A stretch of 64,000 nt of DNA from Polymyxa betae A26-41 (Eukaryota > Protista > Endomyxa: Phytomyxea), in the NCBI GenBank assembly GCA_003693705.1, contig RBZT01000706.1, positions 1 to 64,000 of the forward strand, given 5' to 3'. Of the stretch, positions 12,640 to 25,274 are shown piece by piece. The notes beneath the pieces are model-generated. The model was not told where the DNA came from. It did not search any database and was given only the letters and a program-made list of their open reading frames with translations. Made by a program: the position numbers and the translations under genes. Numbering within the stretch: the first letter of the stretch is position 1; each line of letters opens with the position of its first letter.

Positions 12640-14720
12640 TTAGTGAGCTGGTAAGCATGGGCAAAGTCTGCTTGTCGACCAGTGGGTAGCTTCGCATGTC
12701 GGCCATTGCTCTGATGTCAAACAAAAACCCCAAACGTCAGGCTTCTGTCGATTCGAGACGAAATTTGGTACATCACTGCCAGTGACACCTCCTCGACAGC
12801 CCCGATCGCATGGGAAGTGCATTTGTAGCGAAGAGCAATGGTTGATGTACTGGAAATGATCTCGAGAGCAGCTCCATGTTCCATTACTTATCGACCAACA
12901 AGTATCCTTGCAGCTAGCTAAAGCGATGTTAAAATTTCGGAAACAAATTGTAAGTTGAAAAATTTAAAAAAACAACTACCCCCTTCTTTGCCTGCAGTTA
13001 CAACCAGTGAGGGATTCCTTGAAAAACGATGTTCTGGTGGACAAAAAGGGGATATTCGCTTATCGATCAAGAATAGAAAACGTTGGGGGCCTGTCTGCAG
13101 AACGGTGACGCCCTTATAATCCGTTCGTGGTGTAGGTAAAGTATTCAGCTCCGCGTGTATTTTGGATTCATAATCTTCCAGGAGATACAGATAGAGGTAG
13201 TATTCTGGCTCTGCAGAAGGATTTGACGTGATCAGCGTTGATAATATGCCTATAGCGGTTACCATAGTCAACTGGAAAGGACGGATATAAATGTCAACAG
13301 AAAGAGATTTGAAGCATAGAAAGCTAGAAAGAGAAATTGCAAATTCCTACCGCCGAAAACCTGCGCCTTCGAAATATACTCTTTCAAATGCTGGTCGTAA
13401 TTGTGTTGCAGTAGATAGCTCAAATCACCAAAATCTTCAACCGGGTCCTCGGCAAATTTGGCCAGCGCCAAATACTTGGAAAAGAATTCGCGGGATACTG
13501 TAGCACCAGTTGCACCGATATTCTGATTCCTGGATATCTACAGAATAATCAGTCGACCACTAGATTCAAGCTTCGAGAGTCTTAAACTTACCCTTGGTGC
13601 AATGCATGATCTTCCTTTGCTAACAGTGTCAAGCCTCATCCAATGGTCCCAGTGATCTAATGGGAACACTGGCCCAATCTCCATCCATAGGTTTCGCTTC
13701 ACCATCCAGCCCTTGACAAAACATTTACTGAACTGCGACAAATTTGTTGACGTAGTACCAGTCCGGGAAAGAAATCCGTTCTAAACAATGCTCGATTGTC
13801 TAAAGAGTAAGGAGCAAGGCCAAGATCGTTCCAGGACGATATACACCAGATACTCTGAGCAACAGTGTTAAAAACATGCTGATTCTTATTGCAGCGTTGG
13901 AAACAATATCAATAATAATACAATGCAGATTTACAGACCGGGTCTAGATCAAGGAGTGGAGCAGTCTGTTCGAATAGGATCAGAGCATCTTCCGACAGCA
14001 GAAGATCATCTTCTATCACAACAACATGTGAATGGTTACGCTGGAGAAACAGCTGGTCTAATGCCCAGCGGTAATGCTGAGCAAGATAGGCTGTAGCGTC
14101 CTAAAAACGAATATAAATATGCATCTCTCGAATTACGAAACATGCAAGCCTGCTGTGGATATAGAAGAGGCTCTCTCTTATGACGAATGTGAGTAACCCA
14201 ATCGGAATGCAATTCCAGCAGCGCTGCAATGTCAGAATTATCTTCATCTTGCGATGCGTAAATAGCAAATTTCGAGCGTCTCGGCAGCGATTTTAAACCT
14301 ATAACAAGACAGTCGTCATTTGTCATACACAGAATCTGTAGATTACTGAATTCAACATACGATCTAGAACTGCACTGAGATAATCAGGCCGGTTGTAGGT
14401 CAGAACAAGGATAGCTGGATTTCGTGTAATATCATCGAAGTATTTTTCCTCGCGAATGATTTTCCTATACAGGTCTTCAATGGAACTCTCCCTAACTGTC
14501 TTTATTGGCGAATCCGGCATCAAGGGATTGATAGACATGATATTCTAAAGCAGATAATTAACCAATAACGGAGGAAATGGAATTTGTATACCTGATCAAT
14601 GGCTGCGAACTGGAACGGCAACAACATCGTAGTCCCTAGAGCCAGAGACACCATCACGAGGAGAGCAACTCTAAAATTCCGTCGCCACATCGGCCATCGC
14701 CTCTCTGGCCGTGTCGCCAT
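12640..14720 (-). CDS. GT13-family beta-1,2-N-acetylglucosaminyltransferase (GnT-I/POMGNT1-like), multi-exon
   Basis: TM anchor; ILVLTYNRPDYL, IYASQD, VIEDDLLLS, WCISSWNDLG, RTDFFPGL/GWM, WDHWMR..GRSCIAP; Cys-rich C-terminus. Confidence 0.85.
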
Positions 14721-15084
14721 CGTCAATTCTCCTGCATCGGGTATCTGATGACGCCCTTCTATCTCAAATGAAAAGAAAACGGGTCCCGCCCCTGTAACAG
14801 GCACCTTAGGTACAGTAAAACCCTTCTGATGGGACCTTTACTATCAGTGATCGCTCATCCTGCCATACCTAAGATTAGAGTCTTTGCGACCGATGAATGA
14901 AGAGTGCTTGAAAACCGGCATACGACCCAGATACAAGGTTGGGGTAGCACGTCTGATCAATAAGGCTATCCTGTGGCTTTAGAATGATACCGTCAAAGAA
15001 GTTTATATAAGAAGCTAAGATATTACTAATGCTTATGCTGTGTTAGCTTTTGTTGTTTCAGAATCACGAAGCCTTGTTAGAAGA

Positions 15085-16033
15085 TTATATAGAGCGTTTT
15101 GAAACGCCATGGGTGAGCTTAGCAAGAGGATATGTGCTAACAGAGACCTTGTTCTTATCCCACTCGGCCTGGAAAACAGTCACTTTAGCTCTGTTCCAAA
15201 TTCTATGCAGCCTTAGTAAGCCATCCTGGATTCTCTGAGGTTCGCGTTCGATAAGGGCAGTGATCGCTCCAATAAATGCAAACATGATAATCAATCCGAT
15301 CACGAGAATGATAACAAGGAATGAGGTATATGCTATCCCGGGATACAGCTTCAAAGGCAGAGGCAATAGCTCCATAGATCTATAACAAAATAAGTTTAAA
15401 CAAATTGATTCTTGCAAGCAGGATTTTTGGGAAAAACTAACCTGGCGATGGCTTCGTGAACTCGTAGACCATATCTAATCTGTCGCGTCCTGAAATCTTG
15501 CAGCTCATCCAGGGTATCCGGTTTCTCATTTTTCAGCATGTATCGAAGTGTCTGCACAATGATGAACTGGGCTTCGAATTCGTCTTTGAGATCGGCCGCT
15601 TCTTGCAAGGTGAATGGCGATTTACAACGTGCTTTAAACTGTTCGAGATCTTTCATTGAGACATCATCAAGGCGCCTGATAGAGCATTCTTTCACGAGAG
15701 CCATGGCCCTATCAACGTATCGATTTTGCTGTCCATCTTCTGTGATATAGCTTTAGAATATGATTACGAAGACGGCTATCTTAACGACTTTGTGAAAGGT
15801 ACAAAAGCAGAAAACTACATAAAATCCAAAACCGTACTTAATATTTGCAATTCATCCCAGAGTCTCCTATTGACCTGGTAGAAAACTCGGTCATCTCTTG
15901 GGCCAGTTCTGGGTTCTGGTGCATCTGGATTGAAAGGGTGACAGCCGAGCGTGCCAAACACAGAGGCAGACGAGCTCGAGCATCCGATGATAATGGCAGC
16001 ATAGACAGCTGCTAGCCAGTGTCTGATCTTCAT
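15085..16033 (-). CDS. Secreted or membrane-anchored hypothetical protein (signal peptide plus C-terminal TM), spliced
   Basis: Signal-like N-terminus MKIRHWLAAVYAAIIIGCS; hydrophobic FLVIILVIGLIIMFAFIGAI; three ORF segments joined by short introns. Confidence 0.65.
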
Positions 16034-17699
16034 AGCTATGATGTGAGAGCCGATGGAATCATTGATCGATGACCGACATCATCTGCTAAAGAGGTTCCGG
16101 CATCCGGAACCATTATTGATTAATCCTGAAAAATCAACCAACTCAATTTTCCAATATCCATATCGATGTTAAATTGTATTAAACATGTTGCAATTAGACT
16201 TATCTGCAAAATTTTGTCAGAACAACTACGAGGAAGTGAAACTGCAATGTGCAATGGAATCGAAGCGGTAGACAGTTCGCACATCATGGCATTCCTGAAC
16301 CTATTAGACCGATCGCCAAAAAGCTGAGAGAATTTCGACGACGTTCAGATTCGAGACGAAATGTCGCCGGCGCCCATTGCGGATGGCTACTTATATTTTT
16401 ATAAAACAAGGGCGAACGTTTAAAAATTGACGCTGGTTTCCACCAAGGGCAGGACCTGTGGGACTGCCAGGTGGAACACCATTATCGGACATGCCGCCAC
16501 CGCCATTGCCTGTGTCTATTTGGATCTGAACGACGGCGCCACCGTTAGGACCGGGGACAAACGTGACTGACTGGACGCTCTCTAAATCGGCCAATGAATC
16601 GACCAGTGATCAATAAAATGACCAATGAGTCAAAAGTTGCGTCACATTTCACAATCAAAGTTGGCGTTGCGGAGAATTTTAAAAGCGCTTTAAAGTGGAG
16701 GCCACGCAAACTTGCAAAAAAAATCGAAAAAATACCTATTGTTCACAGAACAGCGAAGTTAAAAGCGCTTTAAATCCCCTTTAAAAGCAGAAGTTTAAAG
16801 CTACGGAAAGCGCATGTTTGATACCCCCTAAGAGGAAGCTGATATTTTGGGTTTTTATTGAGCTTTTGGAATCTTAAATTGCAGCACCGTCATACTGCTG
16901 CAGAATGCTCTTCATCTGCTTATAAAGCTCTTGGTCGCTTTTCATATTGTGGGCAATCTCCATTGCTCGCAAATGCGTCCTTGATGAAGAGTTTCAGATA
17001 AATAGGGTTCTAAACGATGAGATCTGTCGAATTACGAAATAATAATTTTAGTTGGAACCCTTTGGAAGGCCTCAATAGGCCCCGGAAATTTCCCATACAA
17101 AAATTGTCGGTTTAAGACTGCCCGCACTGTAGATCAAATATTTTCTAAAGGGATTAGGAATTGAGTGAATCATGTAGGGAAATATCATTGCCATTGTCTT
17201 CCATTATGAATCAACTGCGGTACGAGCTCTGTCCAAATTTCAGCAAGTTCTAACTGATATCCTTGCGTATGGAACAGTTCGGGTGAATGGCTATGTCACT
17301 CGCAATCCAAATATTTCCAGAAATAAAACAATGTTGTATTTATGAAAATTGGATTTCATTTTCACAACGCGCTTCCTAATAGCGTTCAAATTGCGCTATC
17401 GTTGGTCTGAATCAGCTATTCTGGTTACTGTGCTATCACACAATTTATCATCAATGTAAATAGCCAATGAGAAAGAAAGACGCACGTTCGAATAGATAAG
17501 GCTGTCCAAATCCCGGTCTCTGTAATTGGCCTTCACCGTGAGAATGAGATATCCAAAGTCGATTCGGAAGGGATTGCCAGAAATCGTATAACTTTTCGTC
17601 GAATTCGCTGCAGTTAATAAACGGGTGCTCACAAACGTCGTAGCAGCTTGGCGTGAAGAGATTCAAACTTAAAACCGCTGGTTGAATGCTATTCTAGAG

Positions 17700-19240
17700 A
17701 TTCATCAATAAGCAATCCTTCATCTTCCTAAACCATTTGTCCTATTCCTGGAGCGTGAATCTATGCCTGAATTCAGATAGAGCACAAATCGACATCGGGT
17801 TTCTACATACTGCCAGAGCCTGTCTTGAGATTGATTCTGCCGCTTTTTGCGATCTCATCAATACAGTGCTGAATCCAACGAAGTTTGGATTCTGTGGTCT
17901 GGGTCGCATCTACAGGCATTGTTTCTGTTTTCGAGACCCTGTATAATAATAAGATTGGGAAGTTTCCACATTCAGAAGTCAACTTTCTCTGCATCGACTC
18001 TGGTTCGGGTTTGTCCTTATTTTGCTTTCTGATCGTGATTCAGAATAACAGATCTTTCGAAACGTGTTATCTTACATTTTGGTTTGGCTCAGCTTTGAGG
18101 CCGACGATGTCACGGCCGATCTTCTGGAGCGAGGCTATCCATTGGGGTGAGATTTTATCGATGAAATCCAATATAAGAATAACCTGAGCGAATGACGGAA
18201 CCGATGTCGCGGACGGAAGCGATCTTGCAGAGCAGGAAGAACGAGTTGCGCCCAAATTCAGCTTCAGCTTTTTACGAACGGCATCGCGATCTTCTTTCAA
18301 TTTGGAGTTCATCTGTAAAGCAGTATTAAAAGCACTCGAATTACAGGATGGAATAGTACAGCAATTATCAAATTAATTAGAATGGTAAGTTGAGAGAGAT
18401 TAAAGGCTATAAAAAAACGATTCGAAAAGTTGTTACTTGTAAGAGATTATAAACAAGGCGTTCCAGCTCTTCGACTTTCTGTTCGTCTTTCGAGCTGGAT
18501 CGCGACTCTGTCACAGAAGGGACAACGATGTCGATATTACGCTCAACATTCGGCTGATGAATGATGGCAGCGTCGTCCTCGGCTGGAGAAGGTTTCGAAA
18601 CGCGGTTCGACGAAGGCGTATCAGCAATCAGGGACTTTGCCATTTTGATTTCGTCTCGTAAAGTGTGAATGGTGTGCTTGCTAACGGCAAGATCGGCCAA
18701 TGCCTACAAGAACGAAATCCTCAACAAAAATCAAATACAAAACCATTCACCTAAACTCGATTGTTGATTGCAAAAAGCAAATTATAACAATGAACTCAAT
18801 CACCTTATCTCGCTGCTGCTTGATATCTTCACAATGATGCTCCAATTGCTTTCTCTCAAGCTCGAACTCCGACTTCAGCGATTCGATCTGAACCATCGCT
18901 TGTTGCAGTTCTTGGCATTTGGTGTCGTAGCGTTCCCTGGCTCTCTCTGCCTCGCAGCGTCGGACGGATTCCACCTCCTCGACACGGGTCTGGAGAGCTT
19001 TCAATGCTGCGACGATCGCCCGAGACGTGGACAAAGCGCCTCCTAACCCACGATTATCAACAATAACGCCATCACAGAACACAGCACGACACCTTGCTCG
19101 GAATTATCTGCTGTCATGCATGAAAACCAACGCTTCGGTGTCTCGTTGCTCTCGACGATAGTCGGAACGAAACCGAAATTGAAGCAGCGAGCGTCACAGA
19201 CTGCCGGTTTCGAACAAACAACATTCGGCGTTCCGTCCAT
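17700..19240 (-). CDS. Coiled-coil hypothetical protein, multi-exon (ends uncertain)
   Basis: Heptad-rich ORFs 18747..19082, 18407..18700, 18067..18312 and 17803..17994 on the same strand with short gaps. Confidence 0.55.
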
Positions 19241-19915
19241 GCAAGACGTTGCCGGTTGATCGATCGTGTCGTGACAATTTCATGGTAAAACAAAGGTCAA
19301 ACAGCGACAAAAAAAGGAATCCCCTCTACCCGGATCGAACGGGTGACCTGAGCATTACAGTACAACTACAGTGCCCCGCTCTTCCAGCTGAGCTAAGAGG
19401 GGAATTGCATGCAAGTGATAGATGGAAACCGAAATAGAATCGCGAAGAAAAAGAGGCGTAATAACGGCAAAATAAACAGCCATGACCAGAGCTGCGAATC
19501 CGAATCGAACTTCGTGTCACATCGCCTGATAGATCTTACTGTGCTGCCTCTCTCCGGCCCGACGAGATTCTCTCAGATCGACAGTTTTCTTCATTGCTTT
19601 CTGTGTAAACCGTCATTGTCCAGAAATTGCTAGGGAAGAGAAAACGTGACCGAAATTGTATGCTGATCTTGGGATATCGCTTGTAATTGCTAAATGAGGA
19701 ATCTGAATCTTCGGTGCAAAACCATTGCAATCACAACTATGTCTTGCTGGGGCTGGAGAGATCATCGGTCGTGAAGCATTGCAGCCGCTGCTTTCAAGCT
19801 ATTTTAGTTTGGCAGCATCATGTAGGGCTGCGTCCTACATTGGGCGCGGCCCTCTCCTCGTTATGTTGACTTGACCCTCTCAAAGTGATCCCAAAGTACA
19901 TTTGCTGCCGTCATC

Positions 19916-21946
19916 ATGTATGCAACCATGACTCGGAGTCTAGGCTGCAGAACGTTTAGCACCAAGAATCAAACCAAGCTCTGGATCGGCGGAAAGGCGG
20001 TCCCATCGCTGTCGACAGCGCCGTCGTATGCAATTCACAATCCAGCCACACACGAGCTTGTCACACATGTGCCTGAAACCGACCCGGAAGAAATGGTGGA
20101 AGCCATTCAAAATGCCAAAGAAGCCTATCATGAGTATGCCGTTAGCCGTTGTTGTTTCATCACTTATTTCTTGATCCAGTTGGCGTATGACCCCGATTTC
20201 AGTTAGGCAAAGGATTATGCTAAAATATCAAGGTTCGATTAGACAAAATATGGATAAAATTGCGAACTCCATCGGTAATATTTGCAGCTTTCAAACTCGC
20301 TTTTGAACGACTTCCGTGTTCAGTAAAGGAGAATGGCAAGATCTATAGTGATGCCATCGGAGATGTCACGCGTGGTCTCGAAGTTGTTGAACACAGCTGT
20401 GCGTTAGCCTCCCACGTGATGGGAGAGACCGTAGAAAATGTCTCAAGAGATATTGATACGTACAGCTACAGGCAGCCTCTGGGTCAGCTGCAAACGAATC
20501 GTCTTTCAATTTTGTAACATGGTTCTTTCGAAGGCGTTGTTGCCGGTATTTGCCCGTTCAACTTCCCTGCCATGATCCCACTCTGGATGTTCCCCATTGC
20601 GGTTACTTGCGGGAATACCTTCATATTGAAGCCTTCAGAGCGAACTCCAACTGCAGCGATGATTTTGACAGAACTGGTAGCAGAAAGCGCTCGTGTTTGG
20701 ACCACCTCTATTGAAAAATCTGTTAGGCTTCTGAGGCTGGTCTTCCTAACGGTGTTCTTAATGTGGTTCATGGATCAAGACCGGCCGTCGATTTTCTGTG
20801 TGACCACGACGACATTAAAGCGATATCTTTCGTCGGTTCGAGCGTTGCTGGAAGACATATCCACGCAAGAGCTAGCGCTAATGGAAAACGAGTTCAAGTA
20901 GGTTGTTCAGTTAGGGGAATTTCTTCTCTAATTGTCCATTAGGCCAATCTTGGTGCTAAAAACCATTGTGCGATCCTTCCGGATGCTGATAAAGAATCCA
21001 CTTTAAATAACCTGGTTGCTGCTGCCTTTGGTGCTTCTGGACAACGTTGCATGGCTCTTTCGGTTGCGGTCTTCGTTGGCGATTCTATAAAATGGCTGGA
21101 TGATCTCCGAGAGAAGGCCTCGAAGCTGAATCTGGGTATTGGCACTGATCCAGAATCGCATCTGGGCCCGATGATCTCTCCAGCGTATGTTTTATCTCAT
21201 TCTGCCGGTCAAATGCGATTTCACATTCTGAGAATAGTGCTGTCACACGTGCCAAACAGCTGATTGATAGTGCTGTTAATAGCGGTGCTGAACCGGTTTT
21301 AGACGGCCGGGATTTCAAGTCTGAAAAGTATCCGAAGGTAAGCCGAAAAAACGTCATTGCAATTGTCCTGATTTCTCGCAAGGGAAACTGGTTAGGTCCA
21401 ACGATTTTATCAAATGTGAACACGTCTATGGACGCATATGTTCAGGTTGGGGGATTTTCAGACGTCCATGCTTTTCTGATCTTTGTAAAGGAAATATTTG
21501 GTCCAGTCTTGTTAGTTATGCATGCGGCGACTTTAGATGACGCCATCAAACTCATCAATGAGAACCCACACGGCAATGGTTGTGCAGTTTTCACAAGCTC
21601 TGGATACAATGCTCGGAAATTCCAGTTGCATGCTGATGTTGGTCAAGTGGGCATCAATCTGCCCATTCCTGTACCGCTTCCGTTTTTCAGTTTCACGGTT
21701 TGGCTATATGCGAGTCAGTATCTGTCTCGCTTAAATGTGGTCGAATTAGGGCTCGAGGAGTTCATTTTTGGGAACGAATCATTTCTATGGCAAAGAGGGC
21801 GTCCATTTTTATACACAAATCAAAACGGTTTGAATGGTTGAACTGACAGCGACTTGTCTAACAGTTCTCCTTAGATCACATCGAATTGGCGATCGCCAGA
21901 CAAACCATCGGAAAAACTAAACACATCAATGCCCATTTTGAAGTAA
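19916..21946 (+). CDS. ALDH6A1: Methylmalonate-semialdehyde dehydrogenase (acylating), mitochondrial
   Basis: [83 protein letters not shown]. Confidence 0.96.
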
Positions 21947-21963
21947 ATAATATAAACAGTATT

Positions 21964-24473
21964 TTAAATTCGAACAATTTCAATCCGAGTTCGTTCCTGA
22001 ATCGGAGTCACTCCCGAATGGATGACAACACGGGCGTACGTTCCTGAACTGTTCTTGCCTTTTACCAGCTGTCCAGAGTTCACGAACAAGCTGTTGCCGG
22101 CTGTTCTAGCGTATTGTCCCAGCTGCGAAGGCAAGAAGAACAAATCAGGGATGGGCGCCTCTAAGTTATACTTTTTCATGTGTGTCCAATCGATACTGGC
22201 CCCCGGAGGAGGAGCTGTCAGTGGATACAGCGATCGTTGATGCAGCAGATATGAGCACAGTCTCGAGACTCGATTCGCTTGGGCACCTGACAACGATTAG
22301 AATCCCCTCGAGACAAGATTCTTTTATATAGAATACCCATTGATGCTTTGGACACCTCATTTCCAGCTAAATGAAAAACGATATCATGGCTCATAACACA
22401 AAGCTTCACTCCATTAACCGTAAAGACGGAAGGATTGGGCAGGTGCACGATCTAAAAATGTAAGAGTGTGAAATAAGGGTTTTACAGAAACCGACCTTCG
22501 AATCCATGTTTTGGGGAGAAGAAGACCTAAAGCAAAAAGGCGGTTCCGGAAAGCAAGCAACATGTTGGGATTCACGAAGATGCGGAACAGTGAAAACCCT
22601 TGTTTCAACATCCTGTAATTTCTGAGAAATTTCTGACCATAAATCATCACGAACTTGAGCAGGGAACTAACAAGCGTTAGTACAGCAATACAGTGTTATG
22701 AAATTCCAAACTTTATCTGTAGAAGCGTTGTTGTCGAGATCGACGAACGGTCCAGATAAAATAAGCAGTGTTGGGGCTCTTTTCCTCACTTCTTCCAGCA
22801 GATCACACAAAGGCGAGAACACCAAATCGTTTTCGAATGTGAACGGTCCGCTGGCGAACATAATTGAAATCTCTAAAACAAAAACAGTCAGTCAATGAAA
22901 AGAGCGATCAACATGAAACAGTTTTCAAGAAACGTCTACAATAATTGACAGAATAAATCCTAACTGACCTGAAGGCATGTTATCAGTAACCATTGGGCTT
23001 GGTGACGACAATAGCTTTGGCACGTAAACCTCCTTAACAAGCAGGTTGTTTCCAGTCGGGTTGAAGCCTCTTATAACGCAGACCATGCCTGGGAAGAAAC
23101 CCCATTGCGCCTTATCATCAGTCGGAAGGGTCAACAAAACCTACTGAGAGCTCAGCATTTTTGATAAGAAAAATGTAAACTCAATAAACCAAGAAAGAAG
23201 TTGAAAACCACAAAAAAAAACAGTCAATCACGTCTGCGCAAACAGAATTGGTGAGTTAAAACTCCCAAAAAGACAACGGACCCTTTCAGTGCCTCGACGT
23301 AACCAAGTATCAGTGATATGCAACTTATTATTGGTATTATATGTCCAAATCGAACCACCACAGATTACTTCAGAAGCGGAGGCCACATCAAGCGGGCACA
23401 AATCGTCAATGGTCGATCCTGCAAGCTGCGTCGAGCAGATCGATTCTAGGAACGCATCCTCACGCTCCTGTCGTACTGCACCATAAAATCAGATTTGATA
23501 GAGTCAGCCAATAAACACGAATCACATCTGTTAATTAGCTCTCGAGGTTGGAACATGTATCGAAACTTGCTCTCCCAACTTTCGAGGTTGAACTCGATTT
23601 GGAGGTTTTCGCGATCTTCTCGGGAAACGGGCCGGAAATCGTTCAGCTCCAGATTGAGACTTTGAACAGTCCGGCCACGGTTTGTTCGCTGGGCGTACGA
23701 CTCCGATGGAGCTGCAGGTGATGCAAATATCGAAGGCGACATGAACCTGAGGATGTCCAACAACATTGAAATTCGCTGCACCAAATGATTGGAATCAACT
23801 TGAAACTTTTACTTCCAAACCGTAAAAGCAGCTTCGTATCAGAAACTATCTGAAATGAAAAAGTATCAACGCATAAAGAAAACTTAAGCGAAAATGTCAA
23901 GAGCCGATCATAAAGCAACTTGTCGTACGTTTTTGAAGCCTGAGCAGGTTTAGCAATTGGCGGTGGGCTCGTAATATTAGGCTTAGCGGTGACGCTGAGA
24001 ACAGCATCCAATTGCGTCGAGAACGAACTCGTTAACAGTTGCGTTTGTGAAACAGCCACCGGCGACACGACATTCTTCTGACGAAGTAGCAGCGTCGACG
24101 ACTTGTTCGGCGTTCTCAAAGTTTCCTTCGCCAATCTCCAGGAACAGATTATTAACGAAGCATAATCCGAAAGAAATGAAATACTTTTTCTGATTTTCCT
24201 TATGCAGATAGCGCTCCAGCGCGTCCAAATGCGAAATCGAAATATCATCATCGATTCGATTATTGAATGCATACGCTAGCCAGGAATTAACCAGGTCGTC
24301 GCCAGATATGTTGAACAGCGAGCAGAGAGAGACACCTGCAGATCTGATCAGCACCGGCGCGGATAGAACGAGGCGCCTCGCGACTCACATCGTTGGATGA
24401 TCTGGACGTCACGGCGCTTGTCTAGGTCGAGCCCAGCTATAACCTGGATCTGGTCATGATCAGGATTGCTCAT
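21964..24473 (-). CDS. POLA2: DNA polymerase alpha subunit B, multi-exon
   Basis: FRYMFQ, FFPGMVCVIRGFNPTG, FASGPFT, LILSGPFVD, LPNPSVFTVNGV, LLHQRSLYPL, PDLFFLPSQL. Confidence 0.93.
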
Positions 24474-24858
24474 GAAGGCGATCAGCTAAATAGAATTATG
24501 CGCAGCTCTTTCTTAGAGGGACACCCAATGATGATAGCTCTAGAAGCCCATTGCCTATGAAGCTGTAATGTTACATGCTTGGTCCATACACACAGTGATA
24601 AAGCGCCATACAGCAGAATTTCTTGACGAGCGAGTATTTCTTCCATGAGAGCTAATCGTTATGGGATCCTAAACTATGCACTCACCGGAAATCTCATTAA
24701 ATCACAGCCAAGATGACTGAAAATCTGGCTGGCTATGAAATGCTTTTGGCCATGATGCCTGTAATGCATTTAAACCGACATTGCAGAAGTGAATTTTTCG
24801 CCATACAGACGATACTCGAGACAGACGATGTTCCGGATTGACTATGTTGATATGAACT

Positions 24859-24943
24859 GCCACTGTGGCCGAGTGGTTAAGGCGGGAGTCTTAAGCACTT
24901 CTGCGGCGAAAGCTGCGCGCGAGTTCGAACCTCGTCGGTGGTA
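24859..24943 (+). tRNA. tRNA-Leu (anticodon UAA)
   Basis: Acceptor stem GCCACTG/CGGTGGT plus discriminator A; A-box TGGCCGAGTGG; anticodon loop CT-TAA-GC; long variable arm; GTTCGAACC T-loop; downstream T-run terminator. Confidence 0.95.
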
Positions 24944-25274
24944 TCTTTTTGCCGATTGTTTTAGCCATCAGATATGTTAATAGATTCATTTCATCATGTA
25001 TACCTGTATGTATTACAAACATCTAAATGTGATCAGAGATTATTCTCGATCAAACCACCGAGTAATAAACCCTAACGATATTCTTTCAACATATTCAGTT
25101 TGTCAAACCTTCGATTGCCTTCTTAGCATCTCATAATCTACTCATTGTGCCTAACATTGAGTTTTTCATAACATTTGTGATTATCCATCACATAACGAAC
25201 ATCATTTAGATCCGTAGCGGAGGTGGTCGTACTCGTCCTGCAATTTCTGCGCTGCAGGGTCAGATCGGTCCCCG

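Noticed and set aside
16391-16594. Gly/Pro-rich short ORF
   Set aside because: No in-frame ATG or clear exon structure; it may be an exon but I cannot model it.
24520-24830. Possible snoRNA or degenerate repeat upstream of tRNA-Leu (ATGATGA; CTATGAA..CTGTAATG..CGCCATACAG twice)
   Set aside because: I could not establish a properly spaced D box, terminal stem or rRNA guide by eye; an Infernal/Rfam search would be needed.
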